A stretch of 64,000 nucleotides of DNA, from assembly GCA_965223545.1 (NCBI GenBank), contig OZ245006.1:7616001-7680000 (forward strand), written 5' to 3'. Below, one piece after another: positions 9,255 to 19,395 of the stretch. The translations under genes were made by a program, and so were the position numbers. Within the stretch, counting starts at the first letter, position 1; each line of letters begins with the position of its first letter. Under the pieces are notes generated by a model, which worked only from the letters and a program-made list of their open reading frames with translations, ran no database searches and was not told the origin of the DNA. The stretch is from Planctomycetota bacterium (GTDB taxonomy: Bacteria; Planctomycetota; UBA1135; UBA2386).

Positions 9255-10282
9255 GCGCCCCGCGCCGCCGCCGCGGAGTCGGCTGGTGGCCTCGCGCAGC
9301 CCTGCTGGTGGCCGCGTGCGGCGCGCTGGTCTGTGCGGTGGTCTACCGCAGCGAGGCGCGCCGGGCGGCGGTGCACCAGCGGTTCCTGGAGGAGCGGCTG
9401 GCGCGCTTGGAGTCGGAGCTCGAGGCCGCGATCCACCAGCGTGAGGCGACCACTGCCCTGCTCGCCAGCACGGCCGACGCGCGCCGCGACCGGGCGGAGG
9501 GCGAAGAGGGCCGCCGCATCCCCCACCTGCCCGAGTCGGTGCGGTTGGTGCTGGCGGCGTTCAACGAGTGCGCGCGGCTGGATGGCTTCGATTGGTTGCG
9601 CGCCCTGCACGGCGTCGAGCTTGCCGATGGCGAGGTGCGCGGCGTGGAGCTGGTCGAGCGCGCCGACGACGGGTTGGCGACCACCGTCTACCTCGCGGAG
9701 CGCATGCGCCTGGTGCTCGATCGCGAGCGGGGAGCCGTGGTCGTCTGGCTGCACGGCGGCCACCTGTGGTCGGGCGGCGAGCGCGTCGCCCTGCCCGCCG
9801 ATGGGCGAGCGATCGAGCTCTTGCCGGTGGACGGCCCGATGTGGGAGGCGCGGCTCGCGCGACTGCTGCAGGTGGAGGGCGAGTATCCGGTGCAGGCGCC
9901 CGTGACCGCGCCCGCGGCCCGCTTGGATCCGGTCGAGCGCCAGACCTGGCTGTCGCGGTTGCGGCAGCTGGTGGAGAGCGCCCGCACCGAGCAGCACTAC
10001 GCGGTGCAGTCCCTCCGCGGCCTGCAGGACGGGGAGTTCACCGAGGTGCTGCTGCTCGGCTACACACCGGAGCGCCGGCTGCAGAGCGCCATCGAATGCG
10101 ACCGCCTGGCGGTCGTCGCCGACCCGAATGCCGAGCGGGTCGAGCTGCTCGTGCGCGGTGGCATCTTGCGCCGAGCGGGGGGGGAGACCACGATTCCCGA
10201 CGGCGGCTACCGCATCGTCCTGCCGGGCGTGAGCAGCGGGGACGCCTCGCGCATCATGCTTGGAATGGTCTCTTCCCAGTGA
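9251..10282 (+). CDS. Hypothetical membrane-anchored protein with a duplicated beta-rich domain
   Basis: GTG start overlaps the upstream stop (GTGA); N-terminal TM, coiled coil, then two similar ~75-aa segments; its stop overlaps the ispA start. Confidence 0.65.
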   Translation: MSAPRRRRGVGWWPRAALLVAACGALVCAVVYRSEARRAAVHQRFLEERLARLESELEAAIHQREATTALLASTADARRDRAEGEEGRRIPHLPESVRLVLAAFNECARLDGFDWLRALHGVELADGEVRGVELVERADDGLATTVYLAERMRLVLDRERGAVVVWLHGGHLWSGGERVALPADGRAIELLPVDGPMWEARLARLLQVEGEYPVQAPVTAPAARLDPVERQTWLSRLRQLVESARTEQHYAVQSLRGLQDGEFTEVLLLGYTPERRLQSAIECDRLAVVADPNAERVELLVRGGILRRAGGETTIPDGGYRIVLPGVSSGDASRIMLGMVSSQ

Positions 10283-11199
10283 GCTCGAACGGCTCTCCGT
10301 TCGCCGCCTTTGCCGCCGCGCAGCAGCCGCACATCGAGGCGGCGCTGCAGTCGATGCTGCCCGCGGCCGACGCGGTCCCGGCCCAGCTGCACGAGGCGAT
10401 GCGCTACGTGATGTTCCCGGGCGGCAAGCGGCTGCGGCCCCTGCTCGCGCTGCTCGGCTGTCGGGTCACCGGCGGCGCTCTGCAGCGGGCGCTGCGGCCG
10501 GCCGCGGCGCTCGAGTGCGCGCACACGTATTCCCTGGTGCACGACGATCTGCCGTGCATGGACGACGATCCACTGCGGCGCGGCCGGCCGACCTGTCACG
10601 TCGTCTACGGCGAGGCGATGGCGGTGCTGGTCGGAGACGCTCTGCAGGCGCTTGCGCTGGAGGTGGCCGCCGAGGCCGGCGGTCCGGCCGTGCGCGCCTT
10701 TGCACGGGCGTTGGGCAGCCTCGGCATGGTCGGTGGCCAGGTGATGGACTTGGCGGCCGAGGGGGCGCCCGCGGCGAAGCAGACCGTGGACTCGGTCGCG
10801 GCGATCCACGACCGCAAGACCGGAGCGCTGATCGCCGCCAGCCTCGAAGTCGGTGCGCTCGCCGGAAGCGGCCCGGGGTGCACGCCGGAGGCCCTGGCGG
10901 CGCTGCGGCGCTACGGCGAACTCCTGGGGCGGGCGTTCCAGGTCGCGGACGACTGTCTGGACCTCACCGGCACCGCCGAGGAGATCGGCAAGCAGCCGGG
11001 TCAGGACGTCGCCGCGGGCAAGCTCACCTACCCGGCGCTGATCGGCTTGCCGGCCAGTCGCGAGCTGCTGCACGCGCTGGCGTCGGAGGCGGCGGCCCTG
11101 GCCGGCGAGATCGCGGTCGACTCGGCCGGAACAGGGGTGGACGAGCGTCGGGCGCTGCTGGAAGATACGCCGTTCTTTCTCGCTGCCCGCACCCGCTGA
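10279..11199 (+). CDS. ispA: Polyprenyl (farnesyl/geranylgeranyl) diphosphate synthase
   Basis: GGKRLRP, SLVHDDLPCMDDDPLRRGRPTCH, KTGALI, AFQVADD; lies directly upstream of dxs. Confidence 0.92.
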   Translation: MSSNGSPFAAFAAAQQPHIEAALQSMLPAADAVPAQLHEAMRYVMFPGGKRLRPLLALLGCRVTGGALQRALRPAAALECAHTYSLVHDDLPCMDDDPLRRGRPTCHVVYGEAMAVLVGDALQALALEVAAEAGGPAVRAFARALGSLGMVGGQVMDLAAEGAPAAKQTVDSVAAIHDRKTGALIAASLEVGALAGSGPGCTPEALAALRRYGELLGRAFQVADDCLDLTGTAEEIGKQPGQDVAAGKLTYPALIGLPASRELLHALASEAAALAGEIAVDSAGTGVDERRALLEDTPFFLAARTR

Positions 11200-11208
11200 G
11201 CAGAGCCT

Positions 11209-13140
11209 TTGAAGTATTCGCAAGCCCCGACCCCGCTGCTGGATAGGATCGACTCTCCGGCGGATCTCAAGCGCCTCGACCGCGCCCAGCTGCCGGCGCT
11301 CGCCGACGAGCTGCGCCAGGTCATTCTCAACACCGTCCAAGTGACGGGGGGCCACCTGGGCTCGGGGATGGGGGTGGTCGACCTGACCATCGCCCTGCAC
11401 TACCTGTTCGACTTCCGCAGCGACCGGCTGGTCTTCGACGTCGGCCACCAGTGCTACCCCCACAAGCTGCTGACCGAGCGCAAGGAGCGGTTCCACACCA
11501 TGCGCCAGCGCGGCGGGCTGTCCGGCTTCAGCAATCGGTTCGAGTCGCCGTACGACGTCTACCTGATGGGGCACGCCGGCACCGCGATGTCGGCGGCGCT
11601 CGGCATCAGCGTGGGCGACCGCATCCGCGGGGTCGACCGGCACAGCGTGGCCTTGGTCGGCGATGCGGCGATGGGCTGTGGGGTGGCGTTCGAGGCGCTC
11701 AACTTCGGCGGTTCGCTGGAGAAGGACCGCCTCTTGGTGATCCTCAACGACAACCGTTGGTCGATCGCGCAGACCGTCGGTGCGCTGTCGCGCTACCTCA
11801 ACCGGGTGCGTACCGGGCCGTTCTACAACCAGGCCAAGAAGAAGCTACACCACCTGATCCAGTCGATTCCGGTGATCGGCCGCGATCTCGACGATCGCAT
11901 CGAGAACAGCGTTCAGATGCTGCGCAGCATCGTGCATCCGGGCCACATCTTCGAGGAGCTGGGCTTCCAGTACTACGGACCGGTGGACGGGCACGACTTC
12001 GAGGCGCTGCTGCCGGTGCTCGAGGGCATCAAGGGTCGCGATGGCGTCGTGCTGCTGCACGTCAAGACGGAGAAGGGCCACGGCGTTCCCGGCTCCGAAG
12101 AGCGCTACGACCGCGCCCACGCCGCCAAGCCCAAGCCGGTCCCGGTGGAGCCGCAGGTGGTGATCCCGGCGGTCAAGGCCGGGCGCAAGGGGCGCAGCTG
12201 GACGCAGTGGTTCTCGGACGGTATCGATGAGCTGGCGGAGAAGGACGACCGCGTGGTCGCGATCACCGCGGCGATGCCGGATGGCACCGGGCTGATGGAG
12301 TTCCGCGACAAGTTCCCCGAGCGGTTCTTCGACGCGGGCATCGCGGAACAGCACGCGGTGGCGTTCGCCTCGGGCTTGGCGACGGCCGGCCTGCGGCCGG
12401 TCGCCGCGATCTACTCGACGTTCTTGCAGCGCGGCTACGACCAGGTGTTCCAGGAGGTGCTGCTGCAGGGTGTGCCGGTGTTGTTCGCCATGGACCGCGC
12501 CGGATTGGTCGGCGAGGACGGGGCTACCCACAATGGGCTCTACGACATCGCCTATTTGCGCACGATGCCCGGCATCGTGCTCATGGCGCCGAAGGACGGC
12601 CCCGAGCTGATCGAGATGATGCACTTGGGCCTGACCTTGGATTGTTCGAGCGGCATCCGTTACGCGCGCGGCACCGCGCCCGAGGCCGAGCAGCTGCCCG
12701 GGTGGGACGGCCGGCGCCAGCCGGTCGCGCTCGGCGAGATGGAGGTGTTGCGCGCCGGCGACGACGGCGCCGTGTTGGCCTACGGCCACATGGTGCAGGT
12801 GGCATTGGAGGCGGCGGCGCTGCTCGACAAGCGCGGGGTGCACATCGAGGTGGTCAACGCGCGGTTCGCCAAGCCGTTGGACGAGCAGGGCATCTTGGGG
12901 TTGGCCGAACGGCACGACCGGGTGGTCACGCTCGAGGACCACGCGGTGATGGGGGGCTTCGGCTCGGCGGTGCTCGAGCTGATCGCGCAGCGCGGTCCGG
13001 TGCGCGCGCACTTCGACATCATGGGGGTGCCCGATCGTTACCTCGAGCACCAGAGTCGGCGCGAGGTGCTGGAAGAGATCGGCCTGGATGCCGGCGCGGT
13101 CGCCGGCCGCTTCCTGTCCAATCAGGCCGCCCCGGTTTGA
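11209..13140 (+). CDS. dxs: 1-deoxy-D-xylulose-5-phosphate synthase
   Basis: GGHLGSG, DVGHQCYPHK, GIAEQHAV, YSTFLQRGYDQ, DRAGLVGEDGATH. Confidence 0.97.
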   Translation: MKYSQAPTPLLDRIDSPADLKRLDRAQLPALADELRQVILNTVQVTGGHLGSGMGVVDLTIALHYLFDFRSDRLVFDVGHQCYPHKLLTERKERFHTMRQRGGLSGFSNRFESPYDVYLMGHAGTAMSAALGISVGDRIRGVDRHSVALVGDAAMGCGVAFEALNFGGSLEKDRLLVILNDNRWSIAQTVGALSRYLNRVRTGPFYNQAKKKLHHLIQSIPVIGRDLDDRIENSVQMLRSIVHPGHIFEELGFQYYGPVDGHDFEALLPVLEGIKGRDGVVLLHVKTEKGHGVPGSEERYDRAHAAKPKPVPVEPQVVIPAVKAGRKGRSWTQWFSDGIDELAEKDDRVVAITAAMPDGTGLMEFRDKFPERFFDAGIAEQHAVAFASGLATAGLRPVAAIYSTFLQRGYDQVFQEVLLQGVPVLFAMDRAGLVGEDGATHNGLYDIAYLRTMPGIVLMAPKDGPELIEMMHLGLTLDCSSGIRYARGTAPEAEQLPGWDGRRQPVALGEMEVLRAGDDGAVLAYGHMVQVALEAAALLDKRGVHIEVVNARFAKPLDEQGILGLAERHDRVVTLEDHAVMGGFGSAVLELIAQRGPVRAHFDIMGVPDRYLEHQSRREVLEEIGLDAGAVAGRFLSNQAAPV

Positions 13141-13173
13141 GCCGCGGGGCGGGCCAGGCGCCAAGCCTATTCG

Positions 13174-14034
13174 ATGCAGCGAGTCCTACTGGTCGGTGAC
13201 GAGCGCAAGGGCAGCACCATGGAGCTGCTCGAACCCTTCGCTACGTGGCTGCGGCAGCGGTTCGCCGAAGTGCAAGTCGTCACCGACCGCGAAGTTCCGC
13301 TATCGGACCGCGACGCGGACCTGGTCGTGGTGTTGGGCGGCGACGGCTCGATCCTCGGCGCCGCGCGGCGCATGGGCGACCACCAGATGCCGACGCTCGG
13401 GATCAACCTCGGACGACTCGGGTTTCTGACCGCGTTCGGCGACGACGAAGCGCGCCACGCCGTCGAGCTTGCCATGCGCGGTGAGCTGGTCGAGGAGCGG
13501 CGGCTGATGCTGCGCGTGAGCCTGCTGCGCGACGGCGCCGAGATCGGCGGCACGTTGTGCCTCAACGACGCGGTCCTGGCGCGCGCACCGACGGCGGGCA
13601 TGGTGACGGTGACCGTGACGCGGGACGGCGCGTCGCTGGCGACGCACACTGGCGATGGTGTGATCGTCGCGACCCCGGTCGGCTCGACCGCTTACTCGCT
13701 GGCGGCGGGCGGCCCCATCGTCGCGCCCTCGATGGATGCGCTGCTGTTGACCCCGCTGGCGTCGCACACCCTGTCGGCGCGCTCGCTGGTGGTCGAGGTC
13801 GACGGCGGCGTCGAGCTGCGATTGTTGCCCGATTCGGGCACCGACAACGGCCAGCTGGTGGTCGACGGCCAGGTCTCTTTCGACGTGGAAGCGTGCGACG
13901 CGGTGCGACTGCAGCGGGCCGAGGTCGAGTTTCGGCACCTGACCCGTGGACCGGCGAGCTTCTTCGGTGTGCTGCGCGACAAGTTCGGCTGGTCGGTGTC
14001 GCCGCGCCACCGGGTGACCGCGTCGGATGCGTGA
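13174..14034 (+). CDS. nadK: NAD(+) kinase
   Basis: GGDGS, GINLGRLGFL, LND, GDGVIVATPVGSTAYSLAAGGP. Confidence 0.95.
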   Translation: MQRVLLVGDERKGSTMELLEPFATWLRQRFAEVQVVTDREVPLSDRDADLVVVLGGDGSILGAARRMGDHQMPTLGINLGRLGFLTAFGDDEARHAVELAMRGELVEERRLMLRVSLLRDGAEIGGTLCLNDAVLARAPTAGMVTVTVTRDGASLATHTGDGVIVATPVGSTAYSLAAGGPIVAPSMDALLLTPLASHTLSARSLVVEVDGGVELRLLPDSGTDNGQLVVDGQVSFDVEACDAVRLQRAEVEFRHLTRGPASFFGVLRDKFGWSVSPRHRVTASDA

Positions 14035-14040
14035 CTGCCG

Positions 14041-15411
14041 TCAGCGCTCCGCCGCGGAGCGCAACAGCCCGAGCATGACTTCGCTCAGGGTGGGGTGGTA
14101 CCAGGGCATCTTCAGCAGGGTGTCGACATGGGCGCCGGCTTGCATGGCGGCGGCGACGACGTGGACCAGGTCGTCGGCGCGGGGGCCGAGGATCTGGCTG
14201 CCCAGCAGGCGGCCGCTCGCGTCGGTGACCAAGACCCACGCGCCGTGGGCGACGTCTTGGGTGATGGCGCGGCCGGTCTCGGCGAATCGCGCGTGCGATC
14301 GGCGCGGCGACAGGCCGGCGGCCTCCGCAGCGGCCGCGGTGTAGCCCACGGTCGCGTACGGGGGGTCGGTGAACACCACGGACATCGGCAGCCGGTCGTC
14401 GAGATGATGGTCGCCGGGAACCTGCGCGGCGCCATTGCCGGCGACCTCGCCTTCCCAGTTCGCGGTGTGCAGCAGCAGCTCGACGCCGCGCGCGTCGCCG
14501 GCGACGAAGATGCGGGAATTGGTGGTGCGCAGGTTGCGGTCGGCGACCACCACGCCGCGCGCGGCCTCGACCCCGGCGGCCTCGAGGCCCAGCTCGTCGA
14601 GCGCGGCCCGCCGGCCGGTGGCCAGCAGCAGGATCTCGCCGTGCACGCTGCGCGTCGCGCCGTCCGCGTCGCGCAGCTCGAGGGCGACTCCGGTGTCGTC
14701 GTGCCGCGCCCGCACCGGCGTGCAGGGAGCGTGCAGGGTGAGGTTGGGCTCGGCGCGCAGCGCGGCCTCGATCTCGTCGGCGATGAGGGGATCGCTGTCG
14801 ATCAGCACCCGACGGCGGCTCACCAGTTCGACCCGCGTCCCCGCCCGCGCGAAGAACTGGGCAAGCTCGAGACCGATCGCGCCACTGCCGATGACGACCA
14901 CGCTGGTCGGTTGCGCATGGGCCCGCATCACCGTGTCGCTGGTCCAGAACGGCACCGCGTCGACGCCGTCGATCGGCGGGATCTTCTCCACCGAGCCGGT
15001 GGCGATCACCGCGCCACGGGCGAAGCGATAGGTGGTGCCGCCGGCCTCGACCGTGTTCGGTCCGGTGAAGCGAGCGCGGGCGTCGATGACCTCGTAGCCG
15101 CCGCCCTCGATGCCGCGGATCTTGGCGTTCTTGAAGCGCTGCACCTTGGCGTCCTTGTTGGCCATGACCGCGTCGTAGTCGATCGCCAGCTGCGCGTGGC
15201 CGACGCCCGGCGTGCGGTGGTGTGCCGCTTCGTGCGCCAAGTGTGCCGCGTGCAGAATGGTCTTGGTCGGCATGCAGCCGCGCAGAATGCACAGCCCGCC
15301 GAGCTCGCCGTCGTTGAACATCGCGGTGCGCGCCCCCGCGGCCGCGGCGGTGGCGGCGGCGCGGCTGCCGGCGGTGCCACCGCCCAGCACCAGTACGTCG
15401 TAGGTCTTCAT
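14041..15411 (-). CDS. Pyridine nucleotide-disulfide oxidoreductase (dihydrolipoamide dehydrogenase-like)
   Basis: GGGTAG FAD-binding motif; redox-active GGLCILRGCMPTK; GSGAIGLE; C-terminal HPTLSE; no MerA C-terminal Cys pair. Confidence 0.88.
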   Translation of the reverse strand: MKTYDVLVLGGGTAGSRAAATAAAAGARTAMFNDGELGGLCILRGCMPTKTILHAAHLAHEAAHHRTPGVGHAQLAIDYDAVMANKDAKVQRFKNAKIRGIEGGGYEVIDARARFTGPNTVEAGGTTYRFARGAVIATGSVEKIPPIDGVDAVPFWTSDTVMRAHAQPTSVVVIGSGAIGLELAQFFARAGTRVELVSRRRVLIDSDPLIADEIEAALRAEPNLTLHAPCTPVRARHDDTGVALELRDADGATRSVHGEILLLATGRRAALDELGLEAAGVEAARGVVVADRNLRTTNSRIFVAGDARGVELLLHTANWEGEVAGNGAAQVPGDHHLDDRLPMSVVFTDPPYATVGYTAAAAEAAGLSPRRSHARFAETGRAITQDVAHGAWVLVTDASGRLLGSQILGPRADDLVHVVAAAMQAGAHVDTLLKMPWYHPTLSEVMLGLLRSAAER

Positions 15412-15478
15412 GTCGGTCGGCCGACGATAGGTCCGGCCCGGCGCCGGGGCCGCGCAAAAAACGCGAGGAGGAGGCGAC

Positions 15479-16846
15479 TCAGCCGCTGCGCCACGCCCGG
15501 CAGCCGCGCACCGCCGCCGCGACCGCGGCGGCCATCACCCGGGTGCCGGCCGGGCTGGCGTGAATCGGGTCGGGAAGCAGCACCAGCTCGGGCCAGGGGC
15601 AGGCGTTCGGCGCCGCCAGGCGGAGGGCGGGTGTGCTCCGTGGTCCGGGCTGCTGTAGGTGGACGCCGTTGAGGAGCGCGGTCGGGTCGGCCATCTCCGG
15701 GAGCTGGGCGGCGAAGCCGGGGATCCAGACGCCGAATTCGGGCCGGTCCCCGCGGCCGACGTCCCAGCGACACGACCAGACGCCGTCGCCGGCGCGGTCG
15801 TCGCCGGCGGTGCCGGCGTCGTTCATCGGCAGCAGGCGCCAGCGCGGCCGTTGGTCGCTGCTGTCGAGCAGCACGAGGGCGCACGTCGGCTGCCCCGCGG
15901 GAGCTGCCGGGATGGCAATCCCGTGGGTCGGCACCGAGACGGTCAGCGGGCCGCCGTCGGGCCAGGCGCCGCCGGCGCCGATGCCGCGGTGGGCGGCGAA
16001 CGCCGAGCGGAACGCCAGCCACGGCAGGTCGCGTTCGGTAGCGATCGCCTGCACCGCGCCGCGCGCGAAGGTGTGCGGCAACGACGCGTCGATCAAGACC
16101 AGCTCGATGCCGGCGCGCGCGGCGCCGTCGGCCACCGCCGCCAGGTTGGCCCGGACCTCTGCCGCGGGCACGCGCACCGCGGTCGCCGCCGGCGGTGGCC
16201 CACTCCACAGCCAGGCGCAGAACGCGCTGTGCTCGGCGAGCCAGCCGCGGGTTCGACCCAACCAAGTCTCGCGCCGCCGGCGCTCGCTGATGCGCGTCTG
16301 CGCGTCGGTTTGGTCGCGCAGGTAGCCGTCGTTGAAGCCGAAGGCGAAGACCACGATGTGCGGTGCGAACTCGCCGTCGAGCACGCGCCGCTCGAACAAC
16401 AGCCGGCCCTGCGCAGTGCTGTAGCCGGGCACGGCGAGGTTGCGCACCTGGACCGCGCGGCCGTCGGCGGCCAACAGACCCGCCAAGTGGTGCGGCCAGG
16501 TCTCGGCGTCGTCGACGCCGAAGCCGAAGCTGACCGAGTCACCGAGCACCGCGATGCGCACGGCGTCCTCGTCGGCGGGCGCGAAGGCGCCGCCGCGGAA
16601 GCCCTCGGCGTTGGTGGTGACGCGTCCGGCCAAGTCCGGCCGCACCGTGGTGTAGTCGGTGTCCAGGAGCGGGCGCAGCCGGACCACGAGGTCGGGATCG
16701 GGCTCGTAGAACTCGCGGTTGAAGGCCGCCGTGCGCGCTTCCGCGCCGGTGGGGGTGTGGTGCAGGAGGCGGCCAACCCCTTCCAGCGCGGCGAGCAGCG
16801 CGAGGGTCAGGCCCCCGGCGCAGCCGATCTTCGCCGCCCGGCGCAT
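15479..16846 (-). CDS. SGNH/GDSL hydrolase family protein, membrane-anchored, with an inserted Asp/Gly-rich domain
   Basis: LGDSVSFG, NLAVPGY, GFND and DPIH catalytic blocks; insert MNDAGTAGDDRAGDGVWS resembles choice-of-anchor-X. Confidence 0.82.
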   Translation of the reverse strand: MRRAAKIGCAGGLTLALLAALEGVGRLLHHTPTGAEARTAAFNREFYEPDPDLVVRLRPLLDTDYTTVRPDLAGRVTTNAEGFRGGAFAPADEDAVRIAVLGDSVSFGFGVDDAETWPHHLAGLLAADGRAVQVRNLAVPGYSTAQGRLLFERRVLDGEFAPHIVVFAFGFNDGYLRDQTDAQTRISERRRRETWLGRTRGWLAEHSAFCAWLWSGPPPAATAVRVPAAEVRANLAAVADGAARAGIELVLIDASLPHTFARGAVQAIATERDLPWLAFRSAFAAHRGIGAGGAWPDGGPLTVSVPTHGIAIPAAPAGQPTCALVLLDSSDQRPRWRLLPMNDAGTAGDDRAGDGVWSCRWDVGRGDRPEFGVWIPGFAAQLPEMADPTALLNGVHLQQPGPRSTPALRLAAPNACPWPELVLLPDPIHASPAGTRVMAAAVAAAVRGCRAWRSG

Positions 16847-18861
16847 CAGCCAAGCTCGAACTGTCGCTTGGCGTCGACCGCGTCGCGGTTGATGCAGACC
16901 ACCGCCTCGGCGATGCGGTCGGCCAAGGCATAGTCCTCGCTGAGCGCGCCTCGCAGCTGGCGCAGCATCTGGATCGCCATGCGCATCGTGCGCACCAGAT
17001 CACCGCCGTCGTTGCCGGCACGCTTTTGGATCTCGTGCAGGTCGGCTCCCCGACTCCACGCGTCGACCAGCGGCACGATGTCGTAGCACGGCAGCTTGAT
17101 CGTGTCGCGGAAGCCGTGCATCAGCTCGACTGCGGCAAAGCGCCGGACGGCCGCGTCGATCTTCGCTGTGTGCTCGCCGAGCAGTCGCTCGCCGGCGGCT
17201 GGCCCGTCGCCACCGCGGCGTTCTTCGTGCACCAGTGCTGCCATCACCGACGACAGCTGGTGGATGTCGAGGTCGTCGAGCGCGCCGTGGAACAAGAGCT
17301 CGGTGACCTGGATCTCGTAGCCGTTGATCTGCTGCGCGATCCGACCGCGCGGCAGGAGCTCGCGCTCGCCCAGGTAGCCGGCGTCTTGCAGCACGCCGAT
17401 CCGCGCCCGCAGCGCGGCCCGTGCCTGCGCGCGCTTGCGCTCGCGCACCCGCTGGCTGCCGGTGCGCGCCTGGAACGCGGCGAACGACTTGTCGTAGGCG
17501 TCGAGCAGGCCGAACCCGAGACGCTCGTACAGATTGAGAATCGTCGAGTACGACAGGTTGAAGCGGGACACGATCGGCTCGACCTTGCCGCCGAACAGAC
17601 CGGCCAAGGGGGCGTCTTGCAGGTCGTCGTCGTCGAGGATCGAGATCACCAGGCCTTCGCGGTCGATGCCCTGGCGGCCGGCGCGGCCGGCCATCTGCAT
17701 GTAGTCGCGCGCCCGCATGTAGTCGAAGGAGACGCCGTCGAACTTGCGCAGTGAATCGAACACCACGGTGCGCGCCGGCATGTTGATGCCGAGCGCGAAG
17801 GTCTCGGTGGTGAACAGGAGCTTGAGCAGACCCGAGGTGAACAGCCGCTCGACCACTTCCTTGTGGATCGGCAGCATGCCGGCGTGGTGGTAGCCGACCC
17901 CGCGCAGCGCGCGTTCCCGAATGCCGCGCAGGCCCGCGTCGCTGTCCGGCTCGAGCTCGAACGCGGCGCAGATGTCGGCAAACAACGCTGCGCACGCCTT
18001 GCGGTCGCGGGGCGAGAGCAGGCGCCGGTGCTGGTTGCGGTCGGCCTTGACCTCGCACTCGCGGCGGCTGAAGCAGAAGAACAGCACCGGCGTCAGGCGG
18101 TCGCGCTGGAGTTCGTCGAGCACCATCGGTGCGGCGCGAAACGGCGGCGCACTGCGGCCCCGGCCGCCCCGGCCGCGCGGGTTGCGGTCGCCGCGATCGC
18201 GCCGCGAGCCGCGGTGCCGCCGAGCCGTCTGGATCGCCCGCTTGCGCTGCGCCAGGTTGAAGGGGCCGGTGGCGGCGTGGAACAGCTGATGGCGGAGTGG
18301 GACCGGGCGCTTCTCGCTGCGGATCACCACCAGATCCTGGCTGCGGATCGAGCGCAGCCAGCGGCCGAACTGCTCGAGGTTGGCGATCGTCGCCGACAGG
18401 CCGACGAAGCGGACGTGCGGCGGCGCGAAGATCAAGCTCTCCTCCCACACCGTGCCGCGCTCGGGATCGTCGAGGTAGTGGATCTCGTCGAAGATGGCGA
18501 AGTCGACGTCGTCGAAGCGCTCGGGGTCTTCGAATACCGCGTTGCGAAAGATCTCGGTGGTCATGATGACCACCGGTGCGCCCGGGTTCAGGGTGAGGTC
18601 GCCGGTCATCAAGCCGACATCGACGCCGTCCGCCTTGAAGTCGCGGAACTTCTGGTTGCTGAGCGCCTTGATCGGACTGGTGTAGATCGCGCGCCGGCGC
18701 TCGGCGAACGCCGCTTCGATCGCCAGCTCGGCGACCAGCGTCTTGCCCGCACCGGTCGGAGCCGACAACAACACGTTGTGGCCCGCGTCGATCGCGTGCG
18801 CCGCCCGGACCTGAAACGCGTTGAGCTCGAGGCCCTTGAAGTGCGTTGGCGACTGCACCAT
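16846..18861 (-). CDS. Ski2/HelY-like DEAD/DEAH-box RNA helicase
   Basis: APTGAGKT, SPIKALSNQK, DEIH, LSAT, HHAGMLP, TETFALGINMPA, QMAGRAGR. Start taken at ATG 18861. Confidence 0.9.
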   Translation of the reverse strand: MVQSPTHFKGLELNAFQVRAAHAIDAGHNVLLSAPTGAGKTLVAELAIEAAFAERRRAIYTSPIKALSNQKFRDFKADGVDVGLMTGDLTLNPGAPVVIMTTEIFRNAVFEDPERFDDVDFAIFDEIHYLDDPERGTVWEESLIFAPPHVRFVGLSATIANLEQFGRWLRSIRSQDLVVIRSEKRPVPLRHQLFHAATGPFNLAQRKRAIQTARRHRGSRRDRGDRNPRGRGGRGRSAPPFRAAPMVLDELQRDRLTPVLFFCFSRRECEVKADRNQHRRLLSPRDRKACAALFADICAAFELEPDSDAGLRGIRERALRGVGYHHAGMLPIHKEVVERLFTSGLLKLLFTTETFALGINMPARTVVFDSLRKFDGVSFDYMRARDYMQMAGRAGRQGIDREGLVISILDDDDLQDAPLAGLFGGKVEPIVSRFNLSYSTILNLYERLGFGLLDAYDKSFAAFQARTGSQRVRERKRAQARAALRARIGVLQDAGYLGERELLPRGRIAQQINGYEIQVTELLFHGALDDLDIHQLSSVMAALVHEERRGGDGPAAGERLLGEHTAKIDAAVRRFAAVELMHGFRDTIKLPCYDIVPLVDAWSRGADLHEIQKRAGNDGGDLVRTMRMAIQMLRQLRGALSEDYALADRIAEAVVCINRDAVDAKRQFELG

Positions 18862-18960
18862 CGCGGGGATCTTAGGTGCTCGCCGACAAACTTCTGCCCC
18901 GCTGTGTCGGCTGCCGTGGAAAGATGCGGTCAACTACCACAGGTTGTGTTTTGCGAATCA

Positions 18961-18988
18961 TTGCATCCCATGGGATGGGTGCTATGCT
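18961..18988 (+). promoter_or_regulatory. Putative sigma70 promoter with a palindromic operator in the spacer
   Basis: TTGCAT-16 bp-TATGCT with a TG extended -10; perfect 14-bp palindrome CATCCCATGGGATG at 18964..18977. Confidence 0.45.
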
Positions 18989-19113
18989 CCCGAACTCGCC
19001 CTCTCCCAAGGCTCGCGCAACGGTGTCGCGGGCGGGGTTGGGGCCCAGATTCGGTCGTTCACACCCCACGGGCGCGACGGTGCCCCAAACCCAACCCGAA
19101 ACGGGAGGTGGTC

Positions 19114-19377
19114 ATGAGAAGGCAGGCGGAACAGGGTTCGGATTCGTACATCCAGCGGCATCTCTCACAGCTCAAGGTGATGGCTCGCCTGATGGAGTAC
19201 GAGCTGGCCGCAGCAAAGCAGGGCCCGACCCTGACGTTCGATCGCGAGCTGGTGGAGAACTGGCTCGACCTGATCGAGATCTTCGTCGACGACCTCGACG
19301 AGGCTCCGGCGCCGCGCAAGGAGCGCGAGGTGAAGTCGACGGCCGACGGCAAGCCCACCGTCACCCGTCTCAACTGA
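19114..19377 (+). CDS. Small hypothetical protein (87 aa)
   Basis: Strong SD GGGAGGTG before ATG 19114; host-like codon usage; downstream hairpin. Confidence 0.7.
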   Translation: MRRQAEQGSDSYIQRHLSQLKVMARLMEYELAAAKQGPTLTFDRELVENWLDLIEIFVDDLDEAPAPRKEREVKSTADGKPTVTRLN

Positions 19378-19395
19378 GCCTGAACGCCGTTGGCT

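Noticed and set aside
14041..15411. Mercuric reductase MerA
   Set aside because: No C-terminal Cys-Cys pair, no metal-binding N-terminal domain and no mer genes; the HPTLSE motif is LpdA-like.
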